From Octopus sinensis (Eukaryota), in assembly GCF_006345805.1 (NCBI RefSeq), contig NC_043008.1:74090001-74154000 (forward strand): a stretch of DNA of 64,000 nt, in the 5' to 3' direction. The notes beneath the pieces were generated by a model, which worked only from the letters and a program-made list of their open reading frames with translations, did not search any database and had not been told where the DNA came from. Made by a program: the position numbers and the translations under genes. Every line of letters starts with the position of its first letter. Within the stretch, counting starts at the first letter, position 1. This document shows positions 26,807 to 40,268 of the stretch, in pieces.

Positions 26807-26985
26807 GGCGGCAAGTTGGCAGAATAGTTTGCACGTCGGGCAAAATGCTGACCGTCATTACGCTCTGATTTCAAACTCCGTTGAGATCTACTTTGCCTTT
26901 CATACTTTTGGAATCCATGAAAATAAGCACCGGTAATGATCTTCTTCTCCAAAATTTCAGCCTTCTACCTGTTACAGAAAGGTTC
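26807..26985 (+). mobile_element. tRNA-derived SINE family 1
   Basis: aaggcggcaagttggcagaatag..ttcaaactcc..ctttgcctttcat..aaataagcacc. Confidence 0.8.
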
Positions 26986-27222
26986 ATTGTAATATTTACT
27001 AATGGTACTAAGTGAAGTGTCGCTGAGGAAACATGTAATATAATACTTTAAACTTGTCTAATATAACAATATCATAAGTTTCACGCCAGGTGAAAGCCGA
27101 AGGAAATAATCAGATATTCTCTTCGTGTATGTGTGTGTATGCATGTATTTGTTAATGTGTGTGTATGTATACACTCATACATATATGCATATATATATAT
27201 TATACAAGTGTGTGTGTGTGTA

Positions 27223-27254
<32 letters not shown>

Positions 27255-29819
27255 CTGGCAAATCTTGGTCTTCGCAGCACGCAGTTCTGCTGTACACGTT
27301 TCTGTAGATGTCCAAAGGACAATGTTGATGTCAGTATCTTTGTCATAGAGTTATTTGTAAAGTAACTGACATATTCTGTGTGTATACATACACATACGCT
27401 CGGCGCACACACACATATACGTACAAACATATATACAGACACTAGCACAGGCGCACACACACACACACTCAAATGATATCGGTATGAGTTTGTGCGTTAG
27501 TGTATCACTGTGAGCCTATGTTTCTCTTTATGCTTTTATTTCAGAAGTATTGCAGTTTTCTCCCTTGCCGTTAGTGATAAGTAATGTAAATGAACACTTA
27601 TGAATTTTCTTCTCATTTCGATTATAACTCAAATTGATTAGAAATTATTTCTTAGTCACCGCAATAGATATTAGTCAGCACTAAATTATATACAAGTACC
27701 CCACTCCTTTTGTAGATATACCATTGTTTTAATTCGCAACGACATCACTTGCTTTCCTCAGTCTTCTAAAAATATTAAGTACCGTAATGACGTTTTTCTC
27801 CCTTGCTAAGACATTTGAACTTTTTTTCTGCAGCAAGGTAGTTACACGCAGCTCGGTACAACCTCATTAATTTTCATTAAGCTTCAACGGTAATCACTGC
27901 AATTGGTAATTAATGTGTTTGTCACAATTCCTTTGTATTCATGTGTTCTTGTTTCAAAGGCATCATAGTGTTTCTTTTCCTACCTCTTTGTTATCGTCAT
28001 ATATTGAATGGATTTCTTTTAATTATCTTTGAAAACATTCTTATGACAATATCTCCTTGTATTCATTGTGTTAGACATCATCCTTTATTGCTTTCATATG
28101 ATCTAGAATCTCTACTTGTCATATATTTCGCATTTATCGAAGTTTATACAAAGTTTATACGTGTATATCCGACACAAACACACACACACACACACATAAA
28201 TAACTTGTGTGTATATATTTAAAAATACACACATATGATTATATACAGATACATAGACACTACTACACACACGGACGCACTTGCACGTCCCTACACACAC
28301 AACCCCCACACAAGCATAGACTCACAAACACACATATATAACCTTTGTATATATTTATATATACATATATATGATTATGCACACATAACACCTATATGCA
28401 CATACGGACACACGTACGCGTGCGTGCACACACACACATACACATAAATGTATGTCGACTTCATATTTTGCGGATGAATTACACTTAATACAATCCATGA
28501 ATTTTTTCTCATTCAATCTTTTCCTGTTACAATAGAAGGGACAACACAAGAAAACAATAAGATGACAAAGATAATACTCTGGTTGTGTGACACCTTACAC
28601 TAAAGGAATTCTTTAAGACTGCATTAAATGAAATACATAGATAACTTATACTGAGCGTATTAGTTTTTCTATCTCAATAATTCCAACTAGATTCAAGTAA
28701 TCCTTTTAAATGTGATATTGTAAAGATGAAGGTTCATGGGAAGAATGCTATAAGAAATTGTAACATGTGAATATAAAATTATTTCAGCAATACACAGTGT
28801 TGCTCCACGTTTCCGATCCGCTAATTGTGACACTAATAAAACGATGTCTCGCTTCTAACCGAAACCAATGACTCATATATTGTCTCCCGCTGCTAACACC
28901 TTCTGCTACGGAATTTGCTGATTTAAATTAATTATATAGTTTGTTTAGCTATGCTAATAATGTTGCTAATTAGCTTCAGTGAGGTATAGTTTTGATGTCT
29001 TATATTCAACATGTTCTATCAATCATAATCTAAGTATCAGACTTGTTTAAACAAAGATCATAGTTTTCGCTTCTTTCCTTTTACTACGGTCGTTCACGTG
29101 TTCAAATCCAGATGCACTCTAGTTTGGGTTTCATATTCCGTAGTCGATAACATAATATCCAACACTACCACCACCACCACTAACAACAACAACAACTTAC
29201 CAGTAATATAACCATCGCATGTACCACGAGGTTATTTTAACTATAGTTCATTATTATACAGGTAGGAAGGAGCATGTTCACTGCTGGAATTTTAATGTAA
29301 CATTTGAAGTGAGAGATAAAAAAATCCTCAACCGAGAAGACATATCTATTTTGTGAAACAATATGCAAAAAAAAAAATACGAAACAAATAAGCAAAACTG
29401 TTAAGAATTCTTTGTAATAGCATTTACTATTTCAAATACAGTAACCCATTTATTACTACAAATATTTATAGTTCAATGAATAATGATTACTCCACAACGT
29501 GGGAATGAAGTCAAAACGAGCTGAAAAAACAGAGTTCATATCGGGCAAGTCCATCGTCAGGATACTGTATAAAGGAGTTAACCTATTCGATTAGTCGAAG
29601 AAACAAATGTACCGCGATATTTTTCTCTGAGTATCTGGTTGTATGACGAGGACTTTCCTAAAATATCTGATTCGATCTCTATGTTAGCCTCAATGTATAT
29701 GCTAATTCTACGAGGTTCTTCGTTGGAAATTTTTGTAGAGTGTTCTATTATTTCTCACGGTTTTTCCTCAGAATATCTGCCTACGTTCAGTTTTTCCCTA
29801 TATTACTCTGCTTCTTAGA

Positions 29820-29937
29820 ATCTATATATATAAAACTGAGAATGTGTGAGCGTGTGTATGTGTGTGTCTGTCTGTCTGCATGTGTGTATCACTAAAACTC
29901 AAGAACTACCCAACCGATTTCATTCAAATTTTATACA
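29820..29937 (+). mobile_element. Helitron-like non-autonomous element, 5' end
   Basis: a|TCTATATATATAAAA start, (GTCT)n tract, then accgatttcattcaaatttt. A related fragment lies at 60860-60990. Confidence 0.55.
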
Positions 29938-30026
29938 TGGCGTAGTGGTTAAGAGCGCGGGCTACTAACCTCAAGATTCAGAGTTCGATTCCAGGCAGTT
30001 ACCTGAATAATAACAACAACAACAAC

Positions 30027-30063
<37 letters not shown>

Positions 30064-30247
30064 TAATAATAATAACATTGAAAAATACCTTAGGAATGAG
30101 AACACAGTTTCGAAATTTTCCCAAGACACCTGAAGAAGGCTGGAGGGTATATCAGCCGAAACGTTGTGTTTACAACAAACAAGATGAGGACAAATATCCG
30201 TCAAATGTAAATAATGTGCATAATTCCTCATCTCTTAAATATAGAAC
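29938..30247 (+). mobile_element. tRNA-headed, hammerhead-containing short element (retrozyme/SINE-like)
   Basis: A box TGGCGTAGTGG (29938-48), B box GTTCGATTC (29983-91), (TAA/CAA)n spacer, HHR at 30125-30170. Confidence 0.75.
30125..30170 (+). ncRNA. Minimal type I hammerhead ribozyme
   Basis: GACAC-CUGAAGA-A-GGCUG(gaggguauau)CAGCC-GAAAC-GUU-GUGUU. Palindromic AACGUU stem III (dimer type), GUU triplet. Confidence 0.85.
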
Positions 30248-30532
30248 AGCTTCGCTTAATGTTCGTTTAATTCTTTAATGTCATTCGCACCATTAGGCTC
30301 TCCGGTACTCTAAAAGTGTTGAGTCTACAGATCTCACCCTTTGTTTCAATGCTCTCGTTTTGTGCTATGAGGCCATCAGCTTTTCATTGGCCCTACTCAC
30401 TAGCACGAAAACCCGCTGCTACATGGATGGTTGTTGTTATTGTAGTGACATTTTTACTTTTTAAAGTTTATTGTTTTTGATTTTGTTGTGGGTGTTTGTG
30501 ACGGTATTGGTGATTGTAGAGCTTGTAGTGTT

Positions 30533-30770
30533 AGTAGGTGCATAGGCATGATAAAAAAATATTCAGACAAATACATAACAAAAGCACCAGGACTTACAAA
30601 CACATATAACATACAGAAAATTACACTACTAGGCACTGCTCACATCCTACGCAGAACTCTTTCCATACAGTTACCACCAGAGTATCACAACAAATCACAG
30701 CACATACCCAAGGCACACAGAGCTGCGCTCGGTAGTGAAGTGAAAGCACGCTATAAAAATAAAACTACTG
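30533..30770 (+). mobile_element. 3' end of Dong copy D, inverted relative to its body
   Basis: GMIKKYSDKYITKAPGL..IQKITLLGTAHILRRTLSIQ, then the 3' UTR and (AAT)n. Confidence 0.9.
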
Positions 30771-30911
<141 letters not shown>

Positions 30912-30914
30912 CGC

Positions 30915-31348
30915 CTAACTGAAGGTGTGTTCTTGGAGCACTGTAAGTTAATATTTAATTTACTTTTTTTAAAAGGTTAAATCTTTTTGCAAACCAGCTT
31001 CCATTTTGGGGGGCTCACGCTTGTTAATCAAATCCCCATTATGGTTGTGATACAAACATTTTTGTTTTGAAATTTGTTCGAAACTTTGCTTCAAGTAAGT
31101 AAACATTGAAGATGGTGACGAATTGCGGGTCTGAGGTATGAAGGTGGTACGGAAATTTGCACGAGGATTTTCCCGTCCCCGCAATCATGATTGGCAGGAG
31201 ACAGGAGAAAAAAACGAAGTAGAAGGAGGAGGAGAAGAAGAAGAAGCAGAAGAAGGAGAAAGAGAAGAAGAAGAAGAAGAAGAAGAAGAAGGAGAAAGAG
31301 AAGAAGAAGAAGAAGAAGAAGAAGAAGAAGAAGAAGAAGAAGAAGAAG

Positions 31349-31379
<31 letters not shown>

Positions 31380-32119
31380 GAAGAGTTAAGAAAAGAAGAA
31401 GGGGAAAAGCAGAAAAAAAACGAGAGGAAGGAAGGAGTAAGTTCTTCTTCACTACATGGAAATTGTAGTAGCAATCAAAACAATAATGAAAGCAACTTTG
31501 GCGAAGAGTCTAACAAAAATGGAGTTAGCGATGGGAAAGAAGCCTTTGCAAATATGATGGTAGCTAAGGAATCGGTTAACATCTCATTGGAGAACAAAAT
31601 AGAAAAACTAAACAACGCAGCAGAATATATGAAAATGAATGGAAGGAGGGCAGAAGTGACGCCTCTAAGCGACGTACTCGAAGCAATCGCCAAACGGACA
31701 GTTGTCTACATGTGCGTGAACACAAAGACAAATGAACTAGAAAATACGAAACCTTGCGAGGCGGGAAAAGCCTTGAAAGACATGTCAAGATATCCACAAC
31801 ACAGCCAGAGCAAGGAAGTACACTGGAGTAGAGGTCCTTTTTAAGACCGAGGGGTAGGCGATACAGAACTCGATGTCCACGCGCCGCACAAAAGGAATCG
31901 CCCTCTTCCAACATACATGGGAAGAAGAGCCGTACGAATTACGGTACCTGGAGTCCCATCAGTCTTGGATATATGGGCCACTTGCAGTTTCACTGCCTAC
32001 AGAACATGAACCGAAGGGCTGAAAGAAATGTCCAAGCGAAAGCACCATCACCCATGAGTTGACAAAAGAACAAGAACAGCAACAACAGAAATCTAGGGGA
32101 ATAGAAACAGGAATTGAAC
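30915..32119 (+). mobile_element. Tx1/L1-like ORF1 remnant with internal (GAA)n, probably continuing on the minus strand at 30532-30250
   Basis: KRTVVYMC..; VEVLFKTEG*A..IALF/PTYMGRRAVRITVPGVP resembles an RRM-type LINE ORF1. Confidence 0.55.
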
Positions 32120-34608
32120 ATTGTTTCTGTTTTTAGATTCCACATTCTAGTTACCTCTATTTCCAGGTCTTTGTATTTTGAAAGTTTCTCCATTTCTTTT
32201 AGAGACACTTTATCATCTGCTGGTATTGATACATCAATTAGAAAACATTTTTTTTCTTCATGACCTCTGACAACTATATCTGGTCTGTTGGCCTTAATTT
32301 CTCTATCTGTGTGTATTGGCATATCCCAGAGTATGGTTGCTTTCCCGTTTACTGTGACCTTTTCTGGTATGTGCCTATACCACCTTTTTTCTGTTGTTAT
32401 TCCATAATGTTGGCATAGCTTCCAGTGTATGTAGTGTCTCGAGGATCCATGTGTGAGGGATGCTATCAAACGTCTTTCTGTAGTCGATCCAGGCCATATT
32501 GAGGCTTTTCTTCTTTCTATGGCTGTCTTCAGTTATGACTTTATTGATCATTAGTTGATCTTTACAGCCATATGAGCCTTTGCAGCATCCTTTCTGCTCT
32601 TCTGGAAACAGGTTGTTTTCGTCCAGGTGCTTGTTCAACCTTTGTGATATTACTGCAGTAAATGCTTTGTACATTGTAGGGAGACAGGATATAGGTCTGT
32701 AGTTTTCTGGTTTTGCTATCTCATTGGATTTGGGAATTAAGATGGTTTTCCCCTTCGTGAGCCATTCAGGCATTGTCTCTGACTCTACCGGTATGTTGTT
32801 AAAGTTTTCAGCTAGCTTTTTGTGCATTCCTGTCAGATATTTCAACCAGAAGTTGGGGATCTTGTCACGCCCAGGTGCCTTCCAGTTGCTTAGTCTTTGC
32901 AGTGCCTGGGTGACCATTTCAGTTGTTATGGGGGTCCAAAGTTGCTCAGATGCTAAGTTTGTTGTTTTAATACTCCTTTTTTCTATTGTTCATTCGCCGA
33001 CCATATTTCTTTCCAGAATTCTTCCACTTCTTCTGCCGTTGGTGCTGCAGTGATGTCTATTTTATTTTTGCCAAGTTCTTGGTAGAACTTTTGGGGTTGG
33101 AGTTGAACTGTTTGTTTTGTTCAAAGAAACGTTGGCGTTTCTCATACCGGCCGATCCTTTGTGCTTTGGCAAGGATATCTTGCTTTAGCTTTTCTTTTAT
33201 CTCAGGTAAATCTTTTTCTGTGATTTTGTATTTGCACAGTATTTTTGTCTTCTTTTTGTTGCTCAGTAGCGTTGATTGTCTACTAATTTCGTTAAAAATC
33301 GACAGATCTTTTCTCATTTTTTGTATTTTTTTGGGGGGGTGTTATTTATCCACAGGGTTTGTTTGGGTGATGGTGCTCCTGTTTGGATGGGTTTGAGGGA
33401 GTATCCAGCTTCTTTTGTGGCTGCAGTGGCTGCTGCATATACTAAGTCATTTAGCTCAGGGATATTGCTATTTGTTTCACTGACTATTAGTTCCGTGACG
33501 GCTAGGTTTATGCTATCTATAATTGATGTGTTTTTTGTGTCTATTTTGATTTTTGGGAGGTATGGTCGGTGGTCCATTTTGAGATCTGTGGTTTTCAGTT
33601 CTTTGATTATTCTACTTTTTATAGTATCATAATCATTAGGCCCCCGCTTTCGTTGTTTCCATGTTTTAGATTTGTGTCGCTTTCTTTCTCATTCGTATGT
33701 TTGTCTGTCGTGTTTTGGCTTGCTGCATTATTATGCATCCTTAGGGTCTGGGTTTGTTGTTTTTTGTTTACATCGTTTTTGTTGGAAATGTTACGTTTGT
33801 CTTCGTGTTTTGCAATCTCAGAGTTTATATTATTTGGCATTGTTGTGTGGCTTCTATCTACACTTTCCTGATGTATTTTTTCTTTTAAATGTTCTATTTG
33901 AGAATATATATTCGTACGTTAGCTAGCTTATTAGGGTTCATTGCTGTAGCCAAATCTTTATTTATGTTATTTTTCTTCCATATTTTATATGTATATGTTG
34001 TTGTGTTTTCCTTCTTTGTGTAGAGCACTGCTGTAAAGTAAAGTAAGCGTGTAGGATTGAAATGTATTCCTCACGTGTCAATTTATGCCTTTTTGGTTTT
34101 GTTTGCGGGACATGAGGAACAACGTCCGGCCCATTATTTTGACGGTCGTCTTTTTCGTAAGGTACCGGTCTGTTGTCACATTGTTTTGAACGTGTAGATT
34201 TTCGTACTAATCGTGTAGTAAGTTTAAAGTACCCACTTCCTGATTGCTATTCTTGGGTTTTAATTATACCGGTATTATTTAATTTATTCGTAGTTTTTTG
34301 TACATGGTGTTTGGGGTCGGAGATGATCTGGTGTTGATGGATCGTAGTGTATCAAGCATGTTTACATGTTGTGCTGTGCGAGAGATGGAGATGATATCGA
34401 GTTAAAATACATCATTTCGTTTGGAAAATAGTAATAAATGTCAATGAGTATTACTTACTCGGATATAGTCCAATCCTTTGTCAGTTATTTTTTGGCTCCA
34501 TGCGATGTCTTTGTTTCCGATGTTTGTGGATAGATTTCGGAGCACTGTTTTATCGCTCTCACATGTTAAGCGACCCCCGATGTTAAACGTCCCCGGTGTC
34601 CCCCGGTG
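32120..34608 (-). mobile_element. R4/Dong-clade retrotransposon copy D (same family as B): 5' end, N-terminus, partial RT, RLE; RT core deleted
   Basis: NWKAPGRDKIPNFWLK, NYRPISCLPTMYK, WIDYRKTFDSIPHTWI join to HWKLCQHY..RPDIVV..LIDVSIP..EKLSKYKDL (PD..D RLE). The 5' end abuts (TAA)n. Confidence 0.93.
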
Positions 34609-34617
34609 TTATTATTA

Positions 34618-34658
<41 letters not shown>

Positions 34659-34695
34659 GTTGTTGTTGTGTTGTTGTTGTTGTTGTTGTTGTTAC

Positions 34696-34912
34696 TATGG
34701 TTTCAAATTTTTCCACAAGAGCACCCATTTTGGGGGAGCGGATGAGTCGATTACATCGACCCCAGTGTTCAACTGGTAGTTATTTTGTCGACCCCCAAGA
34801 GGATGAACGGCAAAGTCGACCTCGGAGGACTTTGAACTCAGAAGATAGTGACGGGCGAAATGCTGCTAAGCGCTTTGCCCAGTGGGCTAACTATTCTGCC
34901 GGTCACTGCCTT
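34696..34912 (-). mobile_element. tRNA-derived SINE family 1
   Basis: Reverse complement: aaggcagtgaccggcagaatagttagc..ctgagttcaaagtcc..ggtcgactttgcc.ttcatcc..ggggtcga..aactaccagttgaacactggggtcgatgtaatcgac. Confidence 0.85.
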
Positions 34913-34984
<72 letters not shown>

Positions 34985-34985
<1 letters not shown>

Positions 34986-35488
34986 TGCCATGATGCAATA
35001 CTAGGCAGTGGTTCTCCTGACTTCTGGTCTCAACTGATTGGAAGTGTTATCATGTACATTGTTTCGTCTGGATGTTACAGATGGGCTACTGTAAATATTC
35101 TGCTCAATAATTGCTATGTCAGTTGTTTGGCTTTAACCAGTTGAGCATGTCTCTTGGTGGCTGGTGATATGTGGATCTCTGATTACAAGCAGAAGTGTTG
35201 AGAGAGCATCGTAGCCTTGTGTTGAGAGGAATTCTTTGGGATTTGAATAATTCACCTTTGTTTCGTTCATCATCTTTAAGCAAACCTTATTCAGGGCCCT
35301 TTTGAACGGAAAGGCCTACTCAATCTGAAGAAATTTCTAACTGGGCTCCACCTGCAAGGTTGCGCACCTTTAGTTGTGATGCATGGGCCTAATGTACCTT
35401 AGTGAGACAAGTAGTCATGATTGGTATATCAGACTTCGTATAATTGTACTCCAGTGACACTTTCATGGCATGTGGTACTCTCTCACTC
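34985..35488 (+). mobile_element. Element X, copy 2
   Basis: (taa)n|atgccatgatgcaatactaggcagtgg...tactctctcactc|aataataa. Confidence 0.85.
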
Positions 35489-35634
35489 AATAATAATAAT
35501 AATAACATCAACAACAACAACAACAATAATAATAATGATAATAACAACAACAACAACAACAATAAAAATAATAATAATAATAAAAATAATAATAATAATA
35601 TAATAATAATATAATAATAATAATAATAATAATA

Positions 35635-35673
<39 letters not shown>

Positions 35674-37504
35674 AAGATGAAGATTGCTGGCAAAGCTTAT
35701 AGTATATATTCACTAGCTTATATATATGCATATGCACACACAGTCACACACAAACACACACGCACGTACACACACAATGAATTCTTTAAAGGGTATTGCT
35801 TGTAATCGATGTTTCTAACATAATTACAAAATTCGTTCCCTGTGTTAAAGGAGTTTTCAACTAGCATTGATTCATCCGCTGTGAAACGTAAAATTGGCAT
35901 TAGTTAAATCCGAAATCAGAACCTGTACAAACGCAAACATTAAAATGTTATGAGTATGATAATGTATTGATCTAGCTTTCTCCGGCGGCCACATTCTTGG
36001 ATTATTTCATTTCAAACCTAAAGCGAAAAGACGCAGTAGGAATTACATTGTAGGCTGTAAACAGTGAAAAGTATTTCCTATGGTTGCAGCAGTATAAATT
36101 GGAACAAAGAATATATCATGATAGCTTTCTTTTCTACTGCTGTAAGTCAAATCTCTTACCATGATGTGTTGAAATATTCTTATAAATCTCAGGATTTATT
36201 TAGAATATTTGACGTTCTGTTTCGGTAGAGTTAAATGTTGGTTTTTACTTGCTACACTTGTTATTATTAACATTATATTGTTTATATCAATTCTAGCTTT
36301 TCGGCCTATAAATCTCTCAGCAAAACAATGCCATTCTCATAGTAAACAACAATTCATAACTCTGCCATTCTCTATCAAAACTGCCTAGAAATACATCTTC
36401 TGTGTAATCGCCATCTTTTACTCTGTAATGTCTTCACTTAACGATAGAAACCTTTAGCAAAGAGCAGAATGGACCAATAAATTTTGTACTGTGGATATGT
36501 AGCATTTGATTAAAGTGTCGACGTTTCAGAGGAATAGCTAGAAGTTATTGGCGTTTAACTCCAGATTAATCATAATCGAGTAGTCTTATGATAGAACTTA
36601 TTTCTGTCGCAACCACACCTTCTTTCTGTGTATTAACGGCTCTATGTATTGCTTACTTCTGTATTTAAGATTTAAAGTTATTTAGCTGTTATTTCTAACA
36701 AGACCGATAACCGCGCAAAGACTATCTTGTTTGTCTATGGTAGACAAATCATAGCCTGTAGAAGCTGCCTTTCATCGGTCGAATGTTTTTTTTAAAGGTT
36801 AGGAGTTTCAATGTACCGACTAATCCCTACTACAATTATCTGAAAGGGAAATAAGGAAAGGATATTTATGATTGCGTGCAGGTAGTGGTTGTATCGCGTT
36901 TGACTGCTGTTGTGCTGTAGTAGATTTACTGAAGTTATTGTGATAGTAGTGGTCACAGGATGGTACTTTAGTATCACCATACAAATACAACTGATATAAC
37001 TATCCGTATGTATTTTTATAGGGATATTGTAACACAGAACAGTATATTTGTAGTGCTAGTTTATAGAAGTATGATTACAACTATTGTAATATTATTGGTA
37101 TCTGCAGAGAGATAGAGTTGTAAGACTACAGGTAATTTTTGACACTGTACAGATATTTTAATGGATGAATAAAATGTAATGCAGAAAGGTAGAGAGGTCA
37201 TGGCATCTTTAATGGTGGCTTTAGTTAACAAAATGGTGGTTGCAGAGATGTTGTACGAAAGTTAGATATGAAGAGGTAAATATTGCTTTGCAGACATCGA
37301 ATGACATATGTAAAGATGTGTTAGATGTAATACTGTTATTGGTCTTTTTGTTTTGAGTACAAGGTTCAGGCTCACACAAACACACATACGTATGTGTGCA
37401 TACGTATGCGTACGCGCACACAAACACGCGCGCGCGCGCTGACGCAAACATACATAGGTGTTCACACAGGTGCACACACACACACACACACACTCGCACA
37501 CAAA

Positions 37505-37805
37505 TAGGCGTGTCTATGTCGCAAGAAGTTAGCTTACCAACCATATGGTTCCGGGTTCAGTCCCTCTGCGTAGCACTTTGAACAGGTGTCTTCTATAGCA
37601 CCGGACTGTCCAAGACCTATTGAGGAAAACTGAAAGAACTTTGTCGTACTTATGAGTTTGCACGTGTATGAGTGTGTGCGTATGTATGAATATGTGTGAG
37701 TTTGTATTTGTGCTTGACCCTTACAACTGCTTGACAACAATTACTTGCTTGTTTACGTTCTCCTAGCTTAGCGGGCCGGCAATAGCAGACCGGTAGAATA
37801 AGTAT
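37505..37805 (+). mobile_element. tRNA-derived SINE family 2 with head
   Basis: aggcgtgtctatgtcgcaagaagttagc..ggttccgggttcagtccc..gcactttgaacaggtgtcttcta. Confidence 0.8.
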
Positions 37806-37899
37806 GTATGTAGATATTTCCTAAAATTTGTTTAACGGGACATACTTTACAGGTGGTTACCGTGTTTTCTCTTAATTCGCTTTCAGATGCTGGCTAACC

Positions 37900-39800
37900 A
37901 CAACGGTGTTTTGCGATACTCGTGTTAACGATAAATTTGCTAGGTTCTGGTAACTATTCTCGCTTCGTAGAGCATACACAGAGTATTTCCTGAATTAGGA
38001 GGGGGGTCTATATAGAGATGATGCCCTTTCCCCCTTAGGTAACCACTAAAACCTAGAGATAAAGAGGTACAGGAAAATATTTTAAAATTATTTAAGAACA
38101 TGGAACTATCCATATCAAGAGAGAACGAACACAACTCAGCCAACTTTCTTGATGTTACTTTAAATTTAGCTGCATGGGTTTATAAGCCTTATCAAAGGCC
38201 TAATACGAACCTTAGATACCTAAATAAAAGTAGTATCCACCGTAGATGCATTACCCAGTCAATAGTAGAGAACGTGTCTACCCGTATTTCTAACCTATCA
38301 GCGAACGAAGAAATTTTCAAACTAAACAAGTACTGTTATAATTTAGCACTGAAGAAATCAGGCTATGGAGAAGAATTAAAATACTACAACAAAAACAACG
38401 ATAGAATAGAAAATTGTAGCAAGAAGGACAATCCTGACAGTAATCGAGGTATACAAGATAACGAAAAACAATAAATAATTGCCAGATTGGGAGAGATAAG
38501 GGTAGGAATTTCGGACACTTGAAAATGATTATAGAATAACTATGAAGGTTAGTGGTGATTCTAAAGAATTAGGGCCACATACACTATTAAGTAACTTAGA
38601 GTGTAATCAAAACATTATTAGGTCGCACTCGGATAAAGGGGTTAAGTAATATGAGAACCAGACCACTGGAACTACAAATGATTAACGGTTGTAATAACAA
38701 GAGGACAAAGGATAAAATCCAGGGAAATAGGTTAAACATTTTTACTAGATATCTAACTAAAGCTCCAGGAAAACTTACCAAAAATTTCTCTAATAATGTC
38801 CTGTGGTGTATAATTCCCTTCGGAAAGCAAATTCTTTCCAACATTCCCAAATTGTTCTACTCCTCATCAGAAAAATAATCCTCAAAAAGTAGTAAATATT
38901 TTAAACTGTTTAATTGGCATAAAATTAGACTAGCATTTTCTAATAGCCGTAACCTCGCGCAAATTATAGCAGTATACAATACGAGTAAGTTAAGTAATTT
39001 CCATGGGAAGACTGATAGTAGTAACCCGAATATAAATAGTGCATTTGTACTAAAAAGTAACGATGTTAATATAATTGAACAAGCTAGGGTCGCGAGAAAT
39101 ACCTATAGGAGAATTACTAATCGAAAGGAAGCCACCTTAACCAATACAAACACGAGACTAGAAGGGGAAGACAATATCGCCCGTACTTGCAGAAAGCAGA
39201 ATGCCATCAATAGGAATAACAGAAATAACCTGGAAAATAGGCAAAATAAGTTAGAGATTACCCTGAATGAAGCTAACAGAAAATAATAGAATTACGATTG
39301 CGCAAGCAAATAGACAGACTTGCTAACAAACAATGAATAGCTAACCATGAAAATTATACGAGCCTCACTAAATTAATTTCGTCGCTAAAAGACAGAAACA
39401 AAATATATTCAATTGGCTGAGATATTATTAGTAAGGCTAGGTAGGAATTAGACCCTTTTGCTTGAATTTATAAAAAGGGGGTAAAAGATAAAACTTATGC
39501 ATAGAGGAAATGCAACAAATTTTCACTTCTAAATTTAATCTAATAAACACTAGAGAAAACGTGGTCTAAAATGCTTTCATGCAAGAAAATTTACATTTAA
39601 ACAATTTAAATAAACGCATTACACTCTATATAATGATAAAAATTAAAAAAATTATTAGAATAACAATTCTGGAAACAAGAAACAACAAAAATAAATCATA
39701 ATTCATTGAATGCCTCTAAACTAAGACTATTCCCTGTGAAATGAATGGAATGGTAAGCTTTTAGTAGTAATTATAAATCTACATGAACATTCAATCCAAC
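37900..39800 (+). mobile_element. Penelope-like element, decayed (RT C-terminus, thumb, endonuclease tail; possibly Hydra-type)
   Basis: ANFLDVTLNL..YKPYQRPN..YLNKSSIH..STRISNLSANEEIF; VLWCIIPFGK..NIPKLF; KIRLAFSNSRNLAQII; endonuclease tail LCIEEMQQI..LINTRE..CFHARKFTF near 39490-39600. Confidence 0.8.
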
Positions 39801-39924
39801 CATGACCTATTTTAGAACTATATTTCGCTTCAACTACCACATTTATATATATACATATGTGTGTCTGTGGGGGGGGGGAGAGTGTGTGTGTGTGTATACA
39901 TATATATATATATATATATTCTTT

Positions 39925-40268
39925 AATTTTTATTCTTTTGTACTTGTTTCAGTCACTTCGATGCCGTTATGCTGGAGCACTGTCTTAGCTGAACAAATGT
40001 AGCCCAAAACTTATTTCTTAAACCTAGTACTTATTGTCACGGGGTTTTGGGCCGAACGAGCAAGTTACGGGGACGTAACAAACCAACGCCAGTTTTCAAG
40101 CGATGATGGGGGGACAAACACAGGCACAAAGACACACATAGATACATACGATGGGCGTCTTTCAGTTACCGTCTACCAAATCTACTCATAAATCTTTGGC
40201 CAGCCCGAGGTTATAATAGAAGACACTTGCCCGAGATGCCACGCACTGGGAATGAACCCAGAACTGTG
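39925..40268 (-). mobile_element. tRNA-derived SINE family 2, head interrupted by the neighbouring element
   Basis: Reverse complement: aagaagcttgcttccc..ggttcattcccagtgcgtggcatctcgggcaagtgtcttcta. Confidence 0.85.

Noticed and set aside
29938-30000. Functional tRNA gene
   Set aside because: No acceptor stem can be formed and the anticodon stem is mismatched; treated as a tRNA-derived head.
36540-36720. Faintly similar ~200 bp segments at ~7960-8155, 36540-36720 and 59420-59600
   Set aside because: Probably an old dispersed repeat, but the similarity is too weak to define by eye.
37900-39800. Selenocysteine recoding as reported for some PLE clades
   Set aside because: The element is broken by mixed stop codons and frameshifts, with no consistent in-frame TGA at Cys positions and no SECIS-like hairpin seen.
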